From an uncultured delta proteobacterium (GTDB lineage: Bacteria > Desulfobacterota > Desulfomonilia > Desulfomonilales > Desulfomonilaceae), in contig CAWBKB010000001.1 in assembly GCA_963789265.1 (NCBI GenBank), positions 896,001 through 960,000 on the forward strand: DNA of 64,000 nucleotides, in the 5' to 3' direction. Below are positions 41,259 to 52,010 of this stretch, in pieces. Both the position numbers and the translations under genes were made by a program. Each line of letters starts with the position of its first letter. Position 1 is the first letter of the stretch. The notes beneath the pieces are model-generated. The model did not search any database. It was not told the DNA's origin and saw only the letters and a program-made list of their open reading frames with translations.

Positions 41259-41732
41259 ATGTTCGAATTGAAACCGTGGAGACGCAAAGAAGGAGAGACC
41301 GGTGCCATCGACGCTCCTGTGCTCTTCCGCCGCGAATTTGATGACCTTATCGAAAGATTTTTTGATAGGGAGCCGATGATTTCGCAAGGTCTCTTCACTC
41401 GGGGCTTTGCGCCGGCCATTGACGTCTACGAGACGGACAACGATATCGTGGTACAAGCTGAGATTCCCGGTATGGAACCGAACGATTTGGACGTGAATTT
41501 AGCTGGAGATGTCCTGACTATCAAGGGCGAAAAGAAAGGGGAGCACGAAGAGAGAGGTGAGAATTTCCACCGAATCGAGCGATCTTACGGCAGTTTTTCG
41601 CGCTCGATTTCCCTGCCCTGTGAGGTCGAGCAGGACCGGGTGGACGCGAGCTACAAAAACGGCGTCCTTCATCTGACGCTTCCCAAGAGTGAAAACTGCA
41701 AGAAGAGAGCCGTCAAGATAACCGTCCATTAA
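41259..41732 (+). CDS. Hsp20/alpha-crystallin small heat-shock protein
   Basis: PAIDVYET, AEIPG, ERSYGSFSR, ASYKNGVL; RBS AAAGGAGG. Confidence 0.93.
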   Translation: MFELKPWRRKEGETGAIDAPVLFRREFDDLIERFFDREPMISQGLFTRGFAPAIDVYETDNDIVVQAEIPGMEPNDLDVNLAGDVLTIKGEKKGEHEERGENFHRIERSYGSFSRSISLPCEVEQDRVDASYKNGVLHLTLPKSENCKKRAVKITVH

Positions 41733-41764
41733 TTGACAACTGATTGACAATTGTAAATTGGCGG

Positions 41765-41807
41765 ACTCTGCAAGTCGTGCGACCGCGCGGTTGCAGAGTT
41801 TTGTTTT
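41765..41807 (+). terminator. Intrinsic terminator after hsp20
   Basis: ACTCTGCAA...TTGCAGAGT followed by TTTGTTTT. Confidence 0.6.
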
Positions 41808-41994
41808 GGCTGACTTGAGGTTGCGAGATTCTTTGATTTTTGAAAATCAGGAATAATTGCAGTTCGACTTCAAGCAAGTGACAAAGAGCCCTTGGTAGGG
41901 TGGTAATGCCCGCCTATAGTGCGTCATGCTCGCGTACGCGGGCATCCAGCACCGGCCTCCGTGCCGGTGAAGACTTCTCTCGAGAGTCGCTCTA

Positions 41995-42160
<166 letters not shown>

Positions 42161-42252
42161 AAGAGCAAAAAAAACTTGTGGTTCCTTGGGACTACCCATA
42201 TCATTCCAAATCATCTCCTTCTTAAGGCTCTTCTAACGAAGGAATTGTCCCT

Positions 42253-45200
42253 ATGCCCAACTTGGATCTGAAAACTACCAACAAAGCCATCAAGGACTAC
42301 TACTCCGGCCTTGCTGAATTCGACAAGCACGGCGTCAAACATGAGATGGCTGTGCGGAGTGCGTTCCAGAGATTATTGGAGCACTGCAGCAGAAAAGTCG
42401 GATGGACGTTCGTGGGAGAATACAAATACCATCGTAAAGACCGTCGTCCAGTAAGCATCGACGGCGGCATGGTAGATGCTTTCACCGTTCCGCAAGGCTT
42501 CTGGGAAGCCAAAGACTCGCAAGACGACCTTGGCAAGGAGGTACAAAATAAATTCTCAATCGGGTATCCGCAAGACAACATCATTTTTCAAGAACCCAGG
42601 AGGGCCATTCTGTGGCAGGGCGGCCGCGAGATTTGCGATCTGGACATTACAAGAGCCGACGCGCTGGTCTACGTAGTTCAAGAGCTGTTCACATACAGGG
42701 ACCAGACGCAAAGTGATTGGGAACAAGCTGTTGCGGATTTCAAACCTCATATTCCAGACGTCGCAAGAAAGGTCGTTGAACTCATCGAAATAGAGCGCAA
42801 GGAAAACCGGGGTTTCATCAAGGCATTCGATACCTTTGCGACCGTTTGCAGGTCCTCTGTGAACCCCAATCTCTCGGATTCCGCGGTTGAAGAAATGCTG
42901 GTCCAACACTTGCTCACAGAGCGGATCTTCCGCAAGGTATTTCACAACTCTGATTTTACCGGCAGGAACATCATTGCCCATGAGATCGAACGAGTGATTC
43001 AATCGCTCACTTCGAGAAAATTCAGCAGGGAGGAGTTTCTCAAGCCGCTGGATCGCTTCTACGTTGCATTGGAGCGCAGAGCTGAATCCTTGGATGATTA
43101 TGCCCAGCAGCAGACGTTCTTAAACACGGTTTATGAAAAATTCTTTCAAGGGTTCGCGATCAAGCAGGCGGATACCCACGGGATCGTTTACACACCGCAG
43201 CCGATTGTTAATTTTATGGTCCGGTCCGTGGAAGAGATCCTGAAGCAGGAGTTCGGCAAGAGCCTCAGCGATGAGGGCGTCCACATAATTGATCCTTTTG
43301 TGGGAACCGGCAACTTTATTACACGCATCATGCGGGAGATCAAAAAGACTGCACTGCCTCACAAGTATGCAAATGAACTGCACTGCAACGAGGTCATGCT
43401 GCTCCCCTATTACATAGCGTCCATGAACATCGAACATGAGTATTATGAGCGAACCGGTGAATACAAACCGTTTGAGGGCATTTGCCTCGTGGACACGTTC
43501 GAGCTTGCCGAAGACAAGCAGTTGTCGCTCATGTTCACGCAGGAAAACACTGAGCGGGTGGAGAAGCTTAGAAAGACCAAGCTGTTCGTGATCATAGGAA
43601 ATCCGCCGTACAACGCCTGGCAGGTGAATGAAAACGACAACAACAAGAATCGCAAATACAAGACGATGGATAAACGTGTGGCTGACACATACTCCAGGGA
43701 TGGCACAGCTACCAACAAGAGCGCTCTATCAGATCCGTATGTAAAGGCCCTTCGGTGGGCCTCGGATAAGATTCTGGAAAATGGTGAGGGTGTGGTCGCT
43801 TTTGTTTCCAATGACAGTTTTGTGGACACTCTGGCGTTTGATGGGATGCGGAGACATTTAGCGGCCGACTTCGATCGCATCTATGTACTTGACCTTGGCG
43901 GCAACGTCCGAAAGAACCCGAAGATTTCGGGGACAACCCACAATGTGTTCGGCATACAAGTCGGGGTCAGCATCAATCTTCTGGTCAAACTACGGGACCC
44001 CAACAGCAGAGGACGTATCTTCTATTTCCGCATGGACGAAAATTGGAGAAAGGACGCTAAATTTGCCCTTCTTGATCAGAGCGAGACATGTTCAGGTGTG
44101 AAGTGGCAGGAGATAGTCCCGAAGGGCAAGTACACGTGGCTGACCGAAGGATTGAGAAATGACTTTGAAACCTTCTTGCCTCTTGGAACAAAGAAAGCGA
44201 AAGCAGGTACAGGAGAGGCCATATTCGGCCTTTTCAGTTCCGGATTGCAGACCAATCGCGACACGTGGGCCTACAACTTTGATACTAAAGCACTTGAAGC
44301 CAATATGCGGATAACTATCACAGCCTACAACGAACAGCTACTTAAGTGGTCGAATCACCATCCAAAAGGCGATATAGACGACTTCGTCGTGAGCGATGAC
44401 ACGAGAATTAGTTGGAGTAGCAGCCTCAAGAGTTACTTGTTGCAGCTCATTGCCGTTGAATATGATAGTTCCAAGATTCGAGATGGAATCTATAGGCCGT
44501 TTGTGCGCTCAAGCGTCTATTTCGATAGGCATTTCAATCATCGTCGCTACCAACTACCTCGGATTTTCCCAAAACCCGCCGCTGAATCCGAGAACTGTAC
44601 TATATGCCTCACCGACAGGGGATCTGAAAAACCGTTCGTGGCTCTGATGACCAACTATCTGACAGACCTTCATCTTGTTGGAGCTGGTTGCAGCACGCAG
44701 TGCTTCCCATTTTACACGTACGACCAAGATGGCTCCAACCGCCGCGAAAATGTCACCGACTGGGCTGTTGAGCAGTTTTCTGCGGCTCTGGGTTCTGGAG
44801 TGAAAAGGATGAAGATCTTCCACTACATCTACGGCCTTCTCCATTCGCCGGAATACCGAGAAAAATACCAGTCCAACCTCAAAAGAGATCTTCCACGGAT
44901 ACCATTGCCCAAGACCATCGAACAATTCCACGCGTTCGCATCCGCGGGCGAACGCTTGGCGGATCTCCATGTCAATTATGAATCCCAGAAGGAATACCCT
45001 CTTGAGAATATAGAGAATCCTGACAAGCCTCTTAACTGGCGGGTCGAGAAAATGAAGCTCACCAAGGACAAGACGGCCATTGTCTACAATAACTTCCTGA
45101 CGCTTGCCGGCATACCGTCCGAAGCCTTCGAGTACAAATTGGGCAATCGCTCAGCCTTAGAATGGATAATTGACAGATATCAGGTTCGCCGGGACAAGAG

Positions 45201-45324
45201 GAGCGGCATCGTCAACGACCCTAACCGAGCCGACGACCAGCAGTACATCGTGAAGCTGATTGGGAAGATTATTACGGTGAGTCTGGAAACGATGAAGGTC
45301 ATTAATTCTTTGCCAAGCATGTAG
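42253..45324 (+). CDS. Single-chain restriction-modification enzyme: nuclease-like N-terminus, N6-adenine MTase, Type ISP-like C-terminal specificity domain; no helicase
   Basis: IDG...WEAK (PD-(D/E)xK-like); GIVYTP, DPFVGTG, GNPPY; YRPF...YKLGNRSALEWIIDRYQ. Confidence 0.85.
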   Translation: MPNLDLKTTNKAIKDYYSGLAEFDKHGVKHEMAVRSAFQRLLEHCSRKVGWTFVGEYKYHRKDRRPVSIDGGMVDAFTVPQGFWEAKDSQDDLGKEVQNKFSIGYPQDNIIFQEPRRAILWQGGREICDLDITRADALVYVVQELFTYRDQTQSDWEQAVADFKPHIPDVARKVVELIEIERKENRGFIKAFDTFATVCRSSVNPNLSDSAVEEMLVQHLLTERIFRKVFHNSDFTGRNIIAHEIERVIQSLTSRKFSREEFLKPLDRFYVALERRAESLDDYAQQQTFLNTVYEKFFQGFAIKQADTHGIVYTPQPIVNFMVRSVEEILKQEFGKSLSDEGVHIIDPFVGTGNFITRIMREIKKTALPHKYANELHCNEVMLLPYYIASMNIEHEYYERTGEYKPFEGICLVDTFELAEDKQLSLMFTQENTERVEKLRKTKLFVIIGNPPYNAWQVNENDNNKNRKYKTMDKRVADTYSRDGTATNKSALSDPYVKALRWASDKILENGEGVVAFVSNDSFVDTLAFDGMRRHLAADFDRIYVLDLGGNVRKNPKISGTTHNVFGIQVGVSINLLVKLRDPNSRGRIFYFRMDENWRKDAKFALLDQSETCSGVKWQEIVPKGKYTWLTEGLRNDFETFLPLGTKKAKAGTGEAIFGLFSSGLQTNRDTWAYNFDTKALEANMRITITAYNEQLLKWSNHHPKGDIDDFVVSDDTRISWSSSLKSYLLQLIAVEYDSSKIRDGIYRPFVRSSVYFDRHFNHRRYQLPRIFPKPAAESENCTICLTDRGSEKPFVALMTNYLTDLHLVGAGCSTQCFPFYTYDQDGSNRRENVTDWAVEQFSAALGSGVKRMKIFHYIYGLLHSPEYREKYQSNLKRDLPRIPLPKTIEQFHAFASAGERLADLHVNYESQKEYPLENIENPDKPLNWRVEKMKLTKDKTAIVYNNFLTLAGIPSEAFEYKLGNRSALEWIIDRYQVRRDKRSGIVNDPNRADDQQYIVKLIGKIITVSLETMKVINSLPSM

Positions 45325-45394
45325 GATTACAGCTAGAGTCGGTCGCTAAGAGGCGCCCATGCCATGGAAACTAGCATAATGCTGAGGTGCAATA

Positions 45395-46222
45395 ATGATT
45401 CCAAACTCAGTGTGGCCCGAACTTCTGGGAATTCCTGAAAGCGAGTGGGATGGCGCAGATGTTTGGGAGAAGATTTCCAAGGCTCTGGACATGCTGAGCA
45501 ATCCCGAGCCTATCATCAATCGGTGCTTCGACAAGATGCAGGAGTACCTTCACGCGGAGCTAGTTCAGTATGGATTCTATGTGCCACTGTCAGTTTTCCC
45601 GTCGGGCTCAATACCTGATCTTGCCAATTTATTTGCCAGTGGAGACCCGACGCTCGTCAAGGGATTCCTAGCTGAGCGACTACGAGAGGAATTGGGAAAA
45701 GAGCATATTTTCAGTTTAAGAAAGAGGTGGGACAGGAATCGATTCTTTAGTAAGAGAAAACACATACTGGATGCTGGGCTCGATGCACATCTGAAAGGTG
45801 ATTTTGTGTCGTCGATTCCCGTCTTGCTTCCTCATTTGGAAGGGATTGTGTTTGAATTCTTGTACGAATCACAGGTGTTCAAGAAGAAGTCACTTAAACG
45901 GAACGGCGTAGATGCTCTTAGTATGATGAAAAAGGTGTTAGTTCAAGAAGACTTGGTCTTTACGAGGTGGGACAAGAAGCAATTCCAAGAATTTGTGACG
46001 GACAAAGGCATATATGATAACAAGGAAGACAAGGATATCTTCTTGAACAGGGGCGCTATACTTCACGGTGAATGCTTGAATTATAATAATGAAGAATGGT
46101 CGGCTCAACTCATCTATTTCTTAGATTTTTTGAATGTGCTCACATCGCACAAGTGGGACCGAGTAACCCTACCCGATCGGAGTGAGACAATCCAACTGAG
46201 AAAAACGGTAGACAGAGAATAA
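45395..46222 (+). CDS. Hypothetical protein with HEPN-like RxxxxH motif
   Basis: LLPHLEGIV...FLNRGAILHGE; AT-richer than flanking genes. Confidence 0.65.
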   Translation: MIPNSVWPELLGIPESEWDGADVWEKISKALDMLSNPEPIINRCFDKMQEYLHAELVQYGFYVPLSVFPSGSIPDLANLFASGDPTLVKGFLAERLREELGKEHIFSLRKRWDRNRFFSKRKHILDAGLDAHLKGDFVSSIPVLLPHLEGIVFEFLYESQVFKKKSLKRNGVDALSMMKKVLVQEDLVFTRWDKKQFQEFVTDKGIYDNKEDKDIFLNRGAILHGECLNYNNEEWSAQLIYFLDFLNVLTSHKWDRVTLPDRSETIQLRKTVDRE

Positions 46223-46387
46223 GCTGATTGAAGTGTACCCCTCTGTCAAGAAGTCATTGCGGGCTTGTTCGGGGAAACGGTACAGATTCAGGAGGACATT
46301 GGTGTCTATCACAAATAAACATTTCTCCCATAATTCGGAGAATTCCTGTCCAGTAGGCTGATAATAAGCGACAAACTTTTCTCGCAT
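46169..46387 (-). pseudogene. Truncated PIN-like (DUF4935-type) gene
   Basis: ELWEKCLFVIDTNVLLNLYRF N-terminus only. Confidence 0.65.
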
Positions 46388-46486
46388 GCGTCACCGCCAG
46401 GAAAAAAGTGGAACAGATCAGCAGAAAACTCGTACCATATATTGTTTATTGCATTGATTGTACAGGCTACTTTTCAGGACTCCCCC

Positions 46487-46612
46487 TCACCTGATAGATT
46501 TGACATCAGGTGACTCAACGTCGAAAACACGGGAAGGTTCCATTTCGCCGCGCATGATTGCTCCGGCTTGACGCAAGCTTTCCAGCAGTTCTTTGAACAT
46601 GTCTTCCTTCAT
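46487..46612 (-). pseudogene. Truncated NadS/HigA-like antitoxin lacking the HTH
   Basis: Hand translation MKEDMFKELLESLRQAGAIMRGEMEPSRVFDVESPDVKSIR*. Confidence 0.6.
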
Positions 46613-46736
46613 GACAATTCCTTTTCCGCTGCCTATAGCTGCCATACGTCATTGGTGTGCCCATTGTCAAGATCCGAGAAGGTTCCATGAGATTTCCCCG
46701 TTATCATTCACTTACGCGGGGAATTTCTTCGTCTTT

Positions 46737-46816
46737 TGTCATTGCGAGGAGCGGTGCGACGAAGCAATCTAAGCAACATTCAAAAGAACAGATTGCTTCG
46801 CTTCGCTCGCAATGAC
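46737..46816. repeat. REP-like inverted doublet
   Basis: GTCATTGCGAGGAGC...GAAGCAATCT / AGATTGCTTCGCTTCGCTCGCAATGAC. Confidence 0.65.
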
Positions 46817-46992
46817 AATTTTCACCGCTCGTAAGCGAATGGTCACGTTAGGCGCGAAGTCTTCCTTCCAGAAAGAGTTTGGACCTCGCCGGGAGATGAG
46901 GTATGCTTAGAAATTGACACAAGGCTCGCAGCAGGAGCACAGTCCTGTTTTCGATACGGACAATAACATGAAATGTGAAAGAGGGGAGGTCC

Positions 46993-47871
46993 ATGGGAGT
47001 ATCTGAAAAGACTGTTGACGGGTTTCGATTTCTTCCACCTAGTCTGGCCGCGTGGATAGAACATTTAATTCCTGACGAAGGCTTCAAGAGAAGTATTCCT
47101 TTTACTCCGCTTTCCAAGCCCCTGAGTGAGGCGACTCTGACCCTGATCACCAGCGCGGGGATCAGCCTGAAGACCGATCCGCCTTTTGATATGGAAAGGG
47201 AAAAGAGAGAGCCCACCCGTGGAGATAGATCTTTCAGGGCTATCAGGCGAGATGCGACGGCAGCGGATATCAATGCGAATCACCTTCACATCAACACATC
47301 ATACATCCTGCAGGACATCAACGTGATGTTGCCGTTGGCACACGTGGCAGAGTTTGAGCGGGAAGGCATTATCGGCCGCCTTGCTCCCTCCGCGTATTCT
47401 TTCTACGGTTTTCAATGGGAGAGCACTGACTTCTTAACAGAAGCTATAGAGCCTATGTGTAAGAAAATGCGGGAAGAAGGGGTCGATGCCGTGATCCTCA
47501 CACCGGCTTGACCTTTCTGTTGCCAGTCCGTGGGACTGGCCGCAAGATACATTGAAGAAGCCGGTTTTTCTACCGTGGTGCTTACCCCCACCCCGGAATT
47601 CCACAGGATTATTGGTGTTCCCCGAACCGCGGCCATCGAATATCCGTACGGACGGCCGGTGGGACAGGTTGGAGATAAGGACGGGCAGCGTGCGGTGCTG
47701 CTTGCAACACTGTCCGTACTCGAAAAGGCGAATAAACCGGGCGAGACTGTGCATCTGCCTTTCACATGGCCTGAACAACCCAAAGATGCCAAATGGCAAC
47801 CCTCGGAGATGAGCCCCCTCATTAAGCTATACCTGGATGATATTAAGGCAGCGCGGAAAGCGAAAGGGTAG
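46993..47871 (+). CDS. GrdB/PrdB-family selenoprotein B-like protein, UxxC, 292 aa by Sec read-through of TGA 47509-47511
   Basis: ORFs 46975-47511 and 47530-47871 are in one frame. Junction VDAVILTPA-TGA-PFCCQSVGLAARYIEEAG; LITSAG, DINVMLP, VPR, PYGRPVG motifs; RBS GGAGGT. Confidence 0.88.
47522..47540 (+). promoter_or_regulatory. Putative bacterial SECIS hairpin
   Basis: GCCAGTCC-GTG-GGACTGGC perfect 8-bp stem; G-starting loop ~19 nt after the UGA. Confidence 0.7.
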
Positions 47872-48012
47872 TGCATTATCGGCGCCGCTGCCGAGGCCCT
47901 AGACGAGGCTTTGCAAGACGGTGAAGTAACGCCTCTTGAAGATTTTATCAGAGAATTGGATCTTGAGAAAGACTGTGGCTTATAGGGGCCACATCGTCTC
48001 GCCGACCAAATT

Positions 48013-49122
48013 TCATTCCAGCCTTCTACGAAACAACCATCCAGCCGCTGCCAGCGTAAAGACTGCAATTAGAGCCATCGGCCATGTCTCGTGCCAGACA
48101 GCCGAGGCGCTGAAATCTTTCATGAAGATACCTCGAGTGATTACCAGGAAGTAGCGCAGGGGCATTGCCAGACTGACCGGCTGGAGCCAGTTGGGTATGT
48201 TCTCCACAGGAGTTGCAAATCCGGATAGAAGGTTTGCAGGAACCATGAAAACAAAAGATCCGAGAATCGCTTGCTGCTGTGTCATGGACAGCGAGGAAAT
48301 AAACAGGCCTATCCCGCTTACCGCCAGAAGAAATACAGTCATGCTGACATATAGTAGCACCAACGAACCGGTTAGCGGGATGCGGAAAAGAAGGACCGAT
48401 GCAACGACGATCAGGGTGCCCTCGAACAGCCCAAAGATCACCGCAGGAATGGTCTTGCCAACGAGTATCTCAATGGGTTGTAGAGGTGATACCAGCAACT
48501 GATCGAAAGTGCCGAGTTCTCGTTCCCGTGCCACCGTCAGGGACGTCAGGAGCAGAGAGATGAGCATCGGCAGAATGGCACAGAGACTGGGTACTGTGAA
48601 CCATTGATAATCGAGATTCGGATTGTAGCGATTTCGGATGACCAGTTTCGCGGGCAGCGCAGCCTCGCCGACTTTTGCCGCCCAATCGCTGCTGAACTGA
48701 TCTACTATCTGAGACGCATACACTTGAACGATTTGAGCGGAATTTGACTTCCGACCGTCGAGGATAAATTGCAATTGAGCAGTCTTCCCTGCTTCCACAA
48801 GACGGGAAAAATTCTCGGGAATTTGGATCACCATTTGCACTTCTTGGGCATCCATAAGCGGGCGAATCTGTTGAACGCCTCTCAGGTAGTATATGTTTGT
48901 GAACGTTTTCGATCCTCTGAAGCGTTGCACAAGTTCGTGGGCTGCTCCGCCTCCATCTTTGTCCAGGATACCTATAGAAACATTCTTCACCTCGAGAGTG
49001 ACGGCATAGGAAAAGACTATCAGTTGTATAAGCAGCGGCCCAATGAGCACAAATCTGCTCTTCTTATCGCTCCAGATCGTGATCAATTCCTTGACGGTCA
49101 AGTAGTACAAGCGTCTCAACAT
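48013..49122 (-). CDS. ybhR: ABC-2 permease YbhR
   Basis: ILDGRKSNSA, RYNPNL, ARERELGTFDQLLVSPL; operon order. Confidence 0.85.
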   Translation of the reverse strand: MLRRLYYLTVKELITIWSDKKSRFVLIGPLLIQLIVFSYAVTLEVKNVSIGILDKDGGGAAHELVQRFRGSKTFTNIYYLRGVQQIRPLMDAQEVQMVIQIPENFSRLVEAGKTAQLQFILDGRKSNSAQIVQVYASQIVDQFSSDWAAKVGEAALPAKLVIRNRYNPNLDYQWFTVPSLCAILPMLISLLLTSLTVARERELGTFDQLLVSPLQPIEILVGKTIPAVIFGLFEGTLIVVASVLLFRIPLTGSLVLLYVSMTVFLLAVSGIGLFISSLSMTQQQAILGSFVFMVPANLLSGFATPVENIPNWLQPVSLAMPLRYFLVITRGIFMKDFSASAVWHETWPMALIAVFTLAAAGWLFRRRLE

Positions 49123-49125
49123 GAG

Positions 49126-50277
49126 CTAATCCAATCTCTTTACGCTCTTGAGCCAAGTGAAGGCGAAATAGGCCAGGCCGAAGCCGAGCAAAGCGAGAAC
49201 ATTAGGCCAAATAAGCGCCCCAATGTTGCCCGCCAGGAAGAGCGTTTGCAAACAAGACACGAAATACCGCGCCGGAAGGGCGTACGGTTAGCATTCGGAT
49301 CGGCCACGGCATGCTTGCGATGTCGAATACAAATCCGGACAAAATGAAAGCAGGAAGAAAAGAAGCGATCAAAGCAGCTTGAGACGCGACAAACTGCGTC
49401 TTCCCCACAGTTGAAATAAGAAGGCCCATGCCGAGCACGGCCCAGAGAAATGCCGCTGTAACGAGCGCCAGGACCAAGTATGAACCCCTGAACGGCACGG
49501 CGAACGCGACGACAGCAATGAAGACACACACCGCCATTGAACCCATTCCCAGTACCGAAATACGGCACGAACTTGCCGATAAGCAGTTCGGATATCGTAA
49601 CAGGAGTGGCCATCAACGCTTCCATCGTTCCACGTTCCCATTCGCGGGCAATTACCAGAGCAGTCAAAAGCGTGCCGATGACAGCCATGATCGTGGCCAT
49701 TGATCCGGGAACGAGAAAATTGCGGCTCTCCAATTCCTCATTGAACCAAACGCGGGGCTGTATATCGACCAGCGGCTTGAACGAAGCCCCTCGATCCAAA
49801 GACTGCTGGTTGAGCCACGTCTGGAAGGCTCCTTGTACGTAGCCTCCCACGAGGTTCGCCGTGTTCGGTTCGCTTCCGTCCGTGATGACTTGAATGGGAG
49901 CAAATCCCTCTACACGATTTGTCAGCCGGGAGAAATCAGAAGGAATATCAATAATGGCGCGAATATTGCCCAGAGCGAGGTCACGCTCGAAAACTCTCCT
50001 ATCGCAGCGCGATGAGCACATCAAAGTAACGAGAATTTGCAAACGATTTGACAAAGCTCTGGATCTCGGGTGTCGAGTCCTCGATAACAAGTCCTACTTT
50101 GACGTGCGTTAGATCCAGCGACACGCCGTAGCCAAAAAGAAACAATAGGATCGCGGGAAGCACGAATGCGATAAGTATACTACTCGGATCCCGTACAACC
50201 TGCCGGAATTCCTTTCTGAAAAGCGCTCTCAACCGGCGGAGCTGTGCCTGTCTATCGGTGAGTTGCCCGTCCTTCAT
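49126..50277 (-). CDS. ybhS: ABC-2 permease YbhS with three +1 frameshifts (~50005, ~49553, ~49285); error or pseudogene
   Basis: Pieces join as KEFRQVVRDPSS.../DRRVFERDL...AREWERGTME.../MGSMAV...WPIRML/YALPARYFVSCLQ...KRLD*. Confidence 0.8.
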
Positions 50278-52010
50278 GCCGCCTCTCCTCTTTCTCGGTC
50301 AAACTTCCGAATAAGCGCGATGAAGGCATCCTCCATTGTCGGCTCCGGCTCTTCTTCACTTCGAACTGATTCCTTCAAGTCGTCCGGTGAGCCCGTGGCT
50401 ATTATTTGCCCTCTATAGATGAGACCGATGCGGTCACAATACTCGGCCTCGTCCATGAAATGTGTAGTCACCATAACGGTGACGCCTCTCTCGATCAGGC
50501 CGTTAATATGTGCCCAGAATTCGCGGCGGGTGATTGGATCGACCCCAGAAGTCGGTTCGTCAAGAAACAATACCGGCGGGTCGTGCATGACCGCACAGCC
50601 CAGCGCCAAACGTTGTTTGAAGCCTGGGGGGAGTTCCCCTGCGGGTTTGTCCAGATACGACTCCAAAGCAAAAATCTCGATGACGTCTTGGACCGCTTCC
50701 GCGCGCCGCTTACCGAATAACCCGTACACTCCTGAGAAGAAGTCCAAGTTCTGGCGTACGGTGATGTTTCCATAGAGGGAAAACTTTTGGGCCATATATC
50801 CGATTCGCGCTCGAGCTTCGCTCGAAGCCGCCTGTAGATCGAGACCGGTTACGCGCGCGATCCCGTTGGATGGCTTCAACAGCCCGCAAAGCATTCGAAA
50901 TGTTGTCGATTTGCCTGCGCCGTTTGGTCCCAGTAAGCCGAAGATCTCCCCACGCTGGGCCGAGAACGTGATGTTGTTTACCGCCGTAAAGGTGCCGAAT
51001 TTCTTGGTCAAGTCTTTAGCTTCGACCATTGCTTCCTGCTTCCCCCGAAGCACTTCCTCCCTTTTTGAAAGCTCCGATCTGCCACCCGGTCCACCCCCGA
51101 GTATGTCGATGAACGCATCTTCGAATCGTGGCGCCACGGGAACCAGCTTCGCAGGCTCCTCCAGGCGCAAAAGCTCGGAGCCGGACCTCCCTTGTCCGTC
51201 TGCGGTTACGAGCCTGACGTATCGCCCTTGGATTACCCCGTCGATGATCCCATCCGTTTCGAGGGCTTGCGTCAGGAGTCGCCGTCGATTTCCTTCGAAG
51301 CCCTGCACCTGAAAAGTGCGCCCCGATACCCAACCAGTCAGTTCCTTGGGAGATCCCCCGAATAGGAGCTTGCCTTCGTGGAGCAGCAGGGCATGTTCGC
51401 ATTTTTCGGCTTCATCAAGGTATGCAGTGCTCCAAATCACCCCTATCCCTTGGCCCACAAGTTCCTGGACCATTTGCCAGAGTTCTCGGCGGGAAATCGG
51501 GTCAACGCCAACGCTCGGCTCGTCCAGAAGAAGCAGATCCGGTTTCCGGACCAGTGCGCAGGCGAGCCCCAGCTTCTGCTTCATTCCGCCCGACAGGGCG
51601 CCGGCGAGGCGGTCCGTGAATTCGGCAAGGTCGGTAAATTTGAGCAGGCGCTCGAAAGTCTCTTCCTTTTCTCGCTCCTCAACTCCGCGCAAGTCCGCAT
51701 ACAGACTCAGATTTTCGATCACGCTGAGGTCCTCGTACAGGCCGAATTTTTGCGGCATGTATCCGATTCGCCGATGAATCTGGTCGGCCTCCCGTGAGGT
51801 ATCAAACCCAAGAGCTGTCACCGATCCGGAAGTCGGCAACAGCAGACCTGCAATTAGCCTGATCAGAGTGGTCTTCCCCGCGCCGTCTGCTCCCACAAGC
51901 CCGGTGACTTCGGAGGGGTATACGGACGCGGTCACGTTATCGACCGCCGGGTGCCCTTCATGCTGAAAGACGTAGGTCAATTGATTAATTGAGACGATGC
52001 CGTCCGTCAT
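50274..52010 (-). CDS. ybhF: Dual-domain ABC ATPase YbhF
   Basis: GADGAGKT and GPNGAGKST; LSGGMKQK; two DEP motifs. Confidence 0.9.
   Translation of the reverse strand: MTDGIVSINQLTYVFQHEGHPAVDNVTASVYPSEVTGLVGADGAGKTTLIRLIAGLLLPTSGSVTALGFDTSREADQIHRRIGYMPQKFGLYEDLSVIENLSLYADLRGVEEREKEETFERLLKFTDLAEFTDRLAGALSGGMKQKLGLACALVRKPDLLLLDEPSVGVDPISRRELWQMVQELVGQGIGVIWSTAYLDEAEKCEHALLLHEGKLLFGGSPKELTGWVSGRTFQVQGFEGNRRRLLTQALETDGIIDGVIQGRYVRLVTADGQGRSGSELLRLEEPAKLVPVAPRFEDAFIDILGGGPGGRSELSKREEVLRGKQEAMVEAKDLTKKFGTFTAVNNITFSAQRGEIFGLLGPNGAGKSTTFRMLCGLLKPSNGIARVTGLDLQAASSEARARIGYMAQKFSLYGNITVRQNLDFFSGVYGLFGKRRAEAVQDVIEIFALESYLDKPAGELPPGFKQRLALGCAVMHDPPVLFLDEPTSGVDPITRREFWAHINGLIERGVTVMVTTHFMDEAEYCDRIGLIYRGQIIATGSPDDLKESVRSEEEPEPTMEDAFIALIRKFDRERGEAA

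Noticed and set aside
42253..45324. Full Type ISP enzyme or BREX/DISARM methyltransferase
   Set aside because: No SF2 helicase motifs in the ORF and no brx or drm genes adjacent
46487..46489. Sec read-through of the NadS-like TGA
   Set aside because: Not at a Cys-equivalent position, the downstream frame does not continue an HTH, and no SECIS-like hairpin is visible
49126..50277. Programmed frameshifting in ybhS
   Set aside because: Three separate +1 shifts without slippery sequences; error or decay is more parsimonious
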